Source: Candidatus Micrarchaeota archaeon (GTDB lineage Archaea; B1Sed10-29). Taken from it: a stretch of 42,653 nucleotides of DNA. The translations under genes were made by a program, and so were the position numbers. Each line of letters begins with the position of its first letter. Within the stretch, counting starts at the first letter, position 1. The notes beneath the pieces are model-generated. The model did no database searches. It worked only from the letters and a program-made list of their open reading frames with translations, and was not told the DNA's origin. Below are positions 26,024-35,000 of the stretch, piece after piece. The stretch lies in assembly GCA_964388265.1 (NCBI GenBank), contig CAYLXZ010000002.1, positions 1 to 42,653 of the forward strand, in the 5' to 3' direction.

Positions 26024-29000
26024 TTATTCTAGGTCATCCTTCAGTTCGTCTAGGTAGATGTCTACGAGGTTGAAGCTTCCTTTTCTTATGTTTTTTCTGA
26101 CTAGTGATATTCTGCTTCTGTAGTCGAATACGTCTTCGCCTTCTTCTTCTAGTTTGTCTACTTCTTCCTCTATCTTGTTTACTTCTTCGTTGTATTCTTC
26201 GTATTTGTCTAGTTCTTCATCTGTGAGTCGGTGTGGTGAGTGTTTTAGTGGCCTGAAGTTAACGAAGTATGGATTTCCTTTGTTGTATTCGGAGTTTTGT
26301 ACCATTCCTGTTCCTACGTTTGCTTTTACTATTGATCTTACCATGTCTTTTCCGAATTTGGTCATGTAGAACTCTAGTTCGTCTTGGTTTCTTGTTCTCA
26401 TCTGTATTTTTGTTCCTATGTTGCTTCTTACTTCTTCTGGGAAGTCGCTGATTACTTGGCTGATTAGTATTAGGCCTACGCCCCATTTTCTGAATTCTCT
26501 GGCTCCTCTTTCTAGGTGGTTGAGTCCTTTGCCTGTTCCTCCGAATTTTTCTAGGAGTCTGTGTACTTCATCGAACACTATTACGGTGTCTAGGTGGTCT
26601 CTTTCTTCTAGGTTGGCGTCGAACACTTGTTGTATCATTGAGTTTGTGAATTTCTCTATGTCTTTTTGTTCTAGTTTGTGTAGTGAGAAGACTACTATGC
26701 TTCCTTCTTCTTCTTCGTTCTGTAGCATGTATTGGATGTCTATGTCTTGGTCTGGTGAGTTGATTGTTCTTATGTTTCCTTTGTATGATTGTGTGTCTTC
26801 TTCTGTGAGGTCGAACTCTGGGTAGTAGTTCATCATTTTGTTTGATTCGCAGTCTCTGAGGAATCCTGACCATTGGGCTGTTGGGTCGAGTACTATGATG
26901 TTTTTTCCTTTTTGTAGTGCTTCTTCGACCATTACTTGTGCTGAAACTGTTTTTCCTGCTCCTGTGGCTCCTGCTACCATTGCGTGTGTCATTATTTGAT
27001 CTAGTCCTAGGTAGGCTTTCATTCCGTAGTCTGCTACTTTGCCTAGGTATCCTGATTCTCCTGGTTCGTTCTTCCCTGGGAGGTTTTCTGGGTATAGGTT
27101 TGCTTCGAATCGTCTTTCTTTTTCCATCCATTTTCTGTAGGCTAGGATTGCTAGGTAGGCGGTTATTGCTATGAGTGTGGTTATTGCTAGGTATTTTAGT
27201 ATTGACATGACTGTCATCCCTAGTACTGTTCTTTGTAGGAAAGGTACTGATACTATAAATGTCTTCATGTCTGAGCTGGTGTGTTTTTCTCCTGCGTATT
27301 GGTATTTGAGTGTTCCGTAGATTACGTATTGTCCGAAGCTCATGTTTTCTGGTACTTGTATTTCTATGCTTTCTACGTTTAGGCCTTTGACTTTCTTTGT
27401 GAATGAGTGCGGTTCGGTGATTGATTTTTTAATGCCTGGTTTCTGTATCATTATTGTTGTGTTGGCTTGTTTTTCTTTGTTGAAGTCGGAGGCGTCGATG
27501 CTGACTTGTACGCTGATGTTTTCTCCTGGTTTTATTCTGCTGGTTTGGGTTTGTAGGTCTAGATGCATTACTCTGCTCGCTTGGCTTGCTGATGCTCCTA
27601 GGTGTATGAATACTGGTAGTTCTTTTTCTGTGGCGTTGTTGTGGAGTGAGAGGGATCCGCTGTAGAACTCTGGCGGTGTTTCTTCGGGGATTGTTATGTT
27701 TACTATGAGGTCTTTGGATTCGAGGGATGGTATGGAGAATACTTTGGATGTGTTAATGAACTGTTTTATCGAGGAGGATTGGTTTATCTGGAATGCTGTG
27801 GTGTTTTTGTATGGGTTTTTTATTGTTATTGATGCTGTGGTGCTTTCTCCTGGGTTCATGAATACTTCTATTTTCTTGTCTTGGAGTAGGAAGTTGTTGC
27901 TGAATGCTTCTTTGGTGATGTTGTAGAGTTCAGGTATCTTGGAGATTGATTCTTCTTGTTCTTCGGTTAAGCCTGCTCCTCCTGCTCCTCCACCGCCTCC
28001 ACCACCGCCTCCGCCGGTGTCTCCGCCGTCGGTATCATCTGTGGTATCTTCTGCGGGGAAGTAGAGGGAGTAGACTGAGAAACCTGGGACTGTAGCTGTA
28101 ACTGTCTGTTCATCTGTATCTATTTTTGATAGGTTGATGTTGAACGTTTCTAGATCGCTGTGGCATGTTCCGTCATAGTAGCTGTAGTTCTTGCATCTAG
28201 CTAGCTTCATTTCATCTAGTCCTCTGTCGTTTGGTATTTCGTCTTCGTATCCAGAGTAGTTGAGGGTGAGGGTTGCGTTGGATGGTTGGAGGGGTGTATT
28301 GGTTGCTATTCCCATTACTGTTTGAGCGCCTGATGGGATGAAGGAGGATATTCCTAAGACATCTAATCTGCTTAGTGTTTCTGCTTTTATTAGGTTTGTT
28401 GTATTTTGGTCTATGCTGGTGTTCTTCATTTTGATGGTGTTTCCTGTGAAGTTGGTGTTTAGGTTGTATTTTCCTGGTTGTAGTGATGTGGTGTAGTTTC
28501 CTGTGACGGTGATTTGTTGTGTGTGGTTTGTTATGATGTCTTTTATGGTGATTTCTGCGGTTTTGGATTGGTTTTTGGATGTAATGAAGCTTCCGTTTAT
28601 CTGGTGGTATGGTGCTACTCTTATTTTCTTTGTTTTAGTGGTTTTTCTTCCTGTTGGATCGGTTGCTGTGAAGTTGAGTGTGTAGATTCCTTCTGTGAGG
28701 TTTTTTAGTTCATAGGCCCATTTTTCTCCAGAGATGTTCATGTGGTGTGTTGATGTGTTTCCTGAAGGGCTTTCCACGGTTAGGGTTGTGTTTTGAACTC
28801 CGTTTAGAACTCCAGCAGGATTATTATCCCATGCGGATACTTCCACGGTGGTGTTTTGTCCTGGTTCTATGTTCTGGGTGGTGGTTTCATTTATTTCGGG
28901 GTTTGTTAGGTCTGGTACTCTGTATTTGTCGGGTAGAGTGGTTTTGGTCACTGCGTTTTTCTGTGTTTCGGTGGTTTGTAGTGTGAGGTCGTGGGTTCTG

Positions 29001-32000
29001 GCGTCCTCTATGTCGGGTGGTATTGTGAAGTTAAGTGTAAACGTTCCAGTTTCGTTGGTCACGGAGCTGACGCTCGCGGTTTTGTTCCCTACTTCAACGG
29101 TGAATGAGAGGTTCTGTGTTTGTATCTGTCCTCCTAGTGTGACGTTGAACTCTACTGTTTGTGTGATGCCTGGAGTTACGTCTACTGTGTTTCCAGTTGT
29201 CTTGAAGTGGTTTTTGAAGTCTAGTACATCTACGTTTAGGTTGATGTTTTTTGTGGAGATGCTTGTGTAGTCGTTGCTGGATAGTTCTACGGTTGCTGTG
29301 TATTGTCCGGATGAGGGGAACCCTGGGTTTCCATATGTTACTGTAAGTGTGTTTGTCCTTTGTTTTTCTAGGGGGACAGGGTCTGCGTGCAGGTACTGTG
29401 ATATGGATCCTGTTATATTGGTTTCTAGTGTGAAGTTAACGTTTCCTGTGCTGTTTATAGGGATCTCTTTCAGTGTTCCTGAGGCGTTCACTACTGCTGT
29501 AGCGCTTTCTGAGGATGTGACTTCATAGTCTGTGTCTGTAGGTACGGTTACTTCTATTTCTCTTTGTATTTCTTCGTCTATGTTGTCTGCGGAGAGGTTG
29601 AGGTATCCTGTGTAGGTGCCTGGTGAGTTTCCTAGTGGTACTGAGATGGATATGTTCGTGGTTGTGGTGTTACCTGGTTGTAGAGTGGATTCTCTGTGGT
29701 TCTGTAGATTTATCCAACTGGAGGGTAGTGTTTGTGGGATGTAGGTGGCTTCGTAGTTTTCAAGTTGATCGTTTCCTGTTGAGTTGGCTATGAAGGAGAC
29801 TTTGTCTTGGGTTCCGTGGTTTATAGTGGTGCTGTGGTTTCCTGTTTCTTCTTCCATGAGGGAATTTTCTTGTATATCTATTTCTGCGTAGGTGTTGGTT
29901 GAGGATCGGTTTCCTGAGCCGTTTTCTATCCATTCTCCTGTGAATTTGGCGTAGAGGCTTGGTGGGGAGGGTTCGGCTCCGGCTCCCACTTGTACTTTAA
30001 ATTCACCGCTACAGCTTTCTCCGTTGGATACGTTACCGCAGTTGTAGTTGGTTTGATTGAAGTTTATGTCTGTGTTGCTTGTGGAGGCTGTGATGTTAAC
30101 GTGTTTACCTCCGTTTACTCCTGTGGAGGTTTCGTTGATGGTTAGGGTAGCTGTGGCTGTGAAGTTCTTTCCTGTTTTTTGAGTTATTCCGTCTAATCCT
30201 TTTAGAGGTGGGTCAACCGTGATTGTTCCGCCTGGGTCGACTGAGAAGCTTTTCATGACTGTATCTGAGTTTTGTGATTCGTCGCTGGCGCTTATTGTTA
30301 CTGAGTATCCTCCTTCTGTACCTGTGTTAGAGTAGGTGGCTGTGTAGGTGTTTCCTGATTGGGTTGGAGTGAGTGTAGTGGTTGCTCCGGTTGGATCTTC
30401 CACTTGCACTTGGGTTGTGTTTACTCCCACTTCATCCGTGGCGTTGAATGTTATGGATACGTCTTTGTTTGGATTCACTGTATCTGGGACGTTTACCTTT
30501 GAAATATTCGGTGGCACGTCGTCCTTGGTTTCAAATATCTTTGTGCTGGTGTTTGTGTCCGCGGTGTATTTGAGCGTTGAGTTGTCTTTTATTCTGCATC
30601 CTACTTCGAATGTGTCTATTTCATTGGGCACGTTCCATGTGGCTGTGGCTTCTCCGTTTGAATCTGTCTGTGTGGTGTTGAACACTGTTCCGTCTTCTAT
30701 GAATTCTACCGGGTAGTTTTCTACATCTCTGTCTACGCTGTCGGTTACTTCGCAGCTTACGAGGGGTGTTTCTCCGTACCCTATCTTTGTGTTGTTCTCT
30801 GGGGACAGCATCTTTACGTTTGAGTATCCGTATATGTCGAGTGATTTGTCGTCGGATCCTTCTTCGTAGTATCCTTCTCCTGCTGATACTTCCAGTGTTC
30901 CGGATCCGGTTGAGGTTCCTATTACTGGTGGTGTCCAGTTTGCTGTTTTGTTTTGAGCTATTTGGGTTCCTCTGTAGGTCCAGTTCACGGGTACGTCCAC
31001 TTCTCCTCCGCTTACTGTATCTGTGGTGGTTTCAAGATTCACTGTGGTTCCTCTGTGCACGAAGCCGGTGGTTGGTTTCTGTATGGAGGGATCCATCACT
31101 CCTCGGATGATTATTTGGTCTGTTTGATTTACGTTATCCCAGTCTGTCTTGTTGGTCGTTACTCTAACTGTTGCTTGTCCTACTGAAGCTTGGTCTGGGT
31201 TATAGTTTGTTTCGCAGTATCCTTTGGAGTCAGTGGTGCAGGTAACTTGGTCCGTGTTGTTGATTGTGAATGTAACTACTTCATTGTCAGCTGGTTCGGA
31301 GTCAGCTGTGCTGGATGTTTTTGATAGATTGACTTTGAAGGTTGTGTCATGTGGATCGTAGAAGTCCGGTCTGTAGGTGTCGTTCTCCGTTATCTCGAAT
31401 TGATCAAGGCTTATTTTCTTCCCTATTGTGATTGTGGACTGGTCTGTGGGTTTAGATGTGTGGTATTGTAGTGTTGAGTTGTCTTTGATCTCTGTGGTGA
31501 TGCTGTATGTGCCTTCCGATGGGTTCCATTGGTGTACTGCTTGTCCTGTGGAGTTTGTGGTTTCTTTAACGATTGTGGTGGTTGATGAGCCGTTGATTGT
31601 GAATTTAACTGGGTAGTTTCCTATTGGTGAGGTGGTGTTGCTGTCGTTTACTTGTGCTGTTAGGTCTATTGTGTTGCCTGGTAGGATGGAGCAGTCGTTT
31701 GGTGTTAGTTCTACTTTTGATAGTCCGTATATTTCTACTGTTTTGTTTGAGGTGTCGTCATCGTAGTAGTTTCTATTTGTCTCTGCGGTTAGGGTGTAGG
31801 TTCCTTTGGATGTGGATGTTGATGGTGTCCATTCTCCGTTTTCTCCTGTGAATACTTGTGTTCCGTCTAGTTTCCAGGTTACGTTTCCGTTGGCTGGGTT
31901 GCTGTATTCGTTGGTTACACTGGAATTGAGTTGATTTTTTATTCCTCTTTCTAGGACTGTGTTGTTTGCTACGTTGTTTTGGATGGATAGTTTCCCTCTT

Positions 32001-35000
32001 ACCTCTATCGATTCATTAAAGTATAGAGTGTCAAAGTTCTCCTTAGAGGCATTTACTTGGATTGTGTAGTTCCCTGGAGTTGTTTGGTCCTCTGGGTTAT
32101 AGGTAACGGAGCAGCTCCCATCTGATTTGGTTTTACAGTTACCTATTACTCCGTTAATGTTCTTCACATAGATTAAGGAATCATTCACTGGGTTATTCTG
32201 TGAGTCTTCTATTGTAATCGCTATATTGGTGTTGTCGTTATTTCTGTATACGGAACTTGAAGCAAGGAACTGATCTTTGTGGAGTACTCCGAGGATGCTG
32301 ATGTCCACGGAGTCTACTACTCCTGATGAGGATGAGTTTATGTAGAGGCTTGGTTCGTTCTTTGTTCCTATTGAGACGGTTTTGCTTCCTGTGGATTCAT
32401 TGGTTAGATCCCAGTTCAGGGTAACGGTTCCTGTGGATTTGGATTCGTTAACTAGGCCTGAGCCTATTGATGAGGCATCTACGAATAGTTCGGTTGAGAT
32501 ATTGTTCAGTGAAGCGTTGTTAATGTCGTTGTATACTTCTGCTTTTACTTTGTAGCTGTCTTGGCTTCTGGGGATTACGTCTCCGTCTGCGAGGTTTGTG
32601 AATTCTGCGTTGGACCGTGTCCATACGTTGATGGTTATGTTTTCTTTGGCTGTGATTCCTTGGTCGGATGTTGCTGTGATGTTGATTGTTTTGGGTCCTA
32701 CGGAGGCGTTTTTCCCTATGTCTATGCTTGGGCTGTTGGTTCCTGTGTCTCCTGGTGAAAGGGTGTTTAGTTCGTTGTTAAAGGAACTGTCGGAGGTCCA
32801 TTCTCCTGGCATTTCGTATTCGAGCATCACGTCCGTTATTTTGGAGGGGCTTGAGTTAGTGAGTAGTGCTTCATCGGTGATATTAAGATCTATATCTGTG
32901 CTTTGGTCTTTGAATACGCTTACGTTGTCTGTTCCCCATCCTCCGTCCACCGAGCTGATGTTTTGAACTTGGATTGATAGGTTGTATGCGTTTAGGTGTG
33001 TGGTGTTTTGTCCGTAGATTCCTTGTGTGGTGGTTGCGTTGACTTTGAGGGTGTAGTTTCCTGGTTGTGTGGGGGCTGTGATGTTTTCGGTGTAGTGGCC
33101 TGAGTTGTTTGTCATGCTCTTGTTTTTTAGGGTTCCGTCTATCCATATTGATATGTTTCTGTTGGTTAGCGGTCCGAAGTCGGGTTGGATCTGTGCGTTT
33201 CCCGTGATTGTTATTTGTTGCCCTGGGTTTACTTTGTAGTCGTCTAGGGTTTGGGTTATTGATAGGTTCTGGATGTAGAAGCTCGTGTTCGCTGTGTTGC
33301 TTCCGATCCCTCTGGTTGTGTTCGCGGTGTAGGTTATGTTGTATCTTCCCATCTGGCTTGAGAACTCGGTTTCTATATCTATTGTTTTGCTCCAGGTTTG
33401 TTCCTTGTCTGGTGTTGTTTCGTTGTCTAGGTTGTAGGTTTTGGTGGTTCCGTCTGGTGCTGTTATCTCTGCGGTTGCGGTGTCTACGTTTGAGTCTGTG
33501 CTGTTTGTTACGTATGTGGAGAGGTTGAGGTTTTTGTTGGTTTGGTCTATGTCTAGGTAGCTGGTGTTTGATTCTGTGAAGGTTGCTTCACTTTGGTTTA
33601 CGTTGAGTGTGATGTTGTAGTTCACTGTGCCTGTTCTTCCGATCACTCCGTCGCTGTCTGTTACGTTGGCTTTGAGTTGATGGGTTCCCGCGGTGTTTGT
33701 TGTTACGTTGACCTCGTACTGGGCGGTGGAGTTCAGTGTAGAGGTTCCTACTTGTGTCCAGCCGCTTGTTATGTTTCTGTATAGGTGTACGGTTTCGCCG
33801 GCTACTCCTATTCCATCTGGTTGTAGTGTGGCGTTTCCTGTTACGGTTAGTGGTTCTCCGGAGCGGGTTGTGGATTTTCGGTTTAGTGTTAGGTTGATTG
33901 CACGTACCGTGTATTCCTGTGTTGAGGCGGTTGAGTCTTGTATGTTGTTGAGTGTGGATGTTCCGTTTATTTGGAGTGTGGCGTTGTATGTTCCTGGGTC
34001 TTGTTTCGCTTGTAGTACTTTGTTTGTTTTCCATGTTGGTCCTGAGACGTGGGTTAGGTTGTATTCGGTGTTGTTTTCTGTGAGTGTGAAGTTCCCTGTG
34101 TCGACTGTCCAGTTTGCGGTTCCGTTGGTTTCGTGGATGTCGAGGTACACGGAGTAGTTTTCTTCGGAGTTCATTATTCTATCTGTTTGGCTCTTGCTGT
34201 CGTTGAGTTCGAAGTTGGTGAATGTTAAGCCTCTTACTTCGATCTGTTTGCTGTTTGATCCGTAGGTTCCGTTGGCTGTGATGTCTACGGATACCTCTTG
34301 CTTCCCGAGCGTCTCGGGAGCGTTTAATGTGTGTTCGTAGTGTCCGGTTCCGTTGGTTTGTACGGTGTCCTCCGTCGGCACACTATACTCATAAAACGCA
34401 TGACCATCCCTTCCTACTTCGTATAGTTTGGAGCCATCATCACTCCAAAACATACCCATAGGAACACTATCTTGAGTTGATAGGGTTGTTCCTGTATAGC
34501 TACAGCTACCTAAACTCCAAGAATCACTACAATCATACTCATAAAACGCATCACCACTATATCCTACTTCGTATAGTTTGGAGCCATCATCACTCCAAAA
34601 CATACCCCCAGGATAACCATCTTGGGTTGATTTGCTTGTTCCTGTATAGCTACAGCTACCTAAACTCCAAGAATCACTACAATTCCACTCATAAAACGCA
34701 TTACTATAGTATCCTATTTCGTATAGTTTGGAGCCATCATCACTCCAAAACATACCCTTAGACATATCATCTTGGGTTGATTTGCTTGTTCCTGTGTATG
34801 TTGCGTTCTCCAGTTCCCAGACAGGTGCATCCAGCTTAGGTATTGAAACGTCTTCGTTGGTTACGTTGTCTCCGTATGGTTGGAGTTTTGCCTGTCCCGA
34901 TACCTTTACTTGTTGTCCTGGGTTGACCATGGATACGTTTAGGTTTTCGGTGATGTCTATCTTCTCCACGTAGAACTGTGTGGTTGGTGCGGGTATTTCC

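Noticed and set aside
34385-34797. Regularly spaced DNA repeats resembling a CRISPR array
   Set aside because: The period is 150 nt, in frame inside a CDS, the intervening sequence is also repeated, and no cas genes are present.
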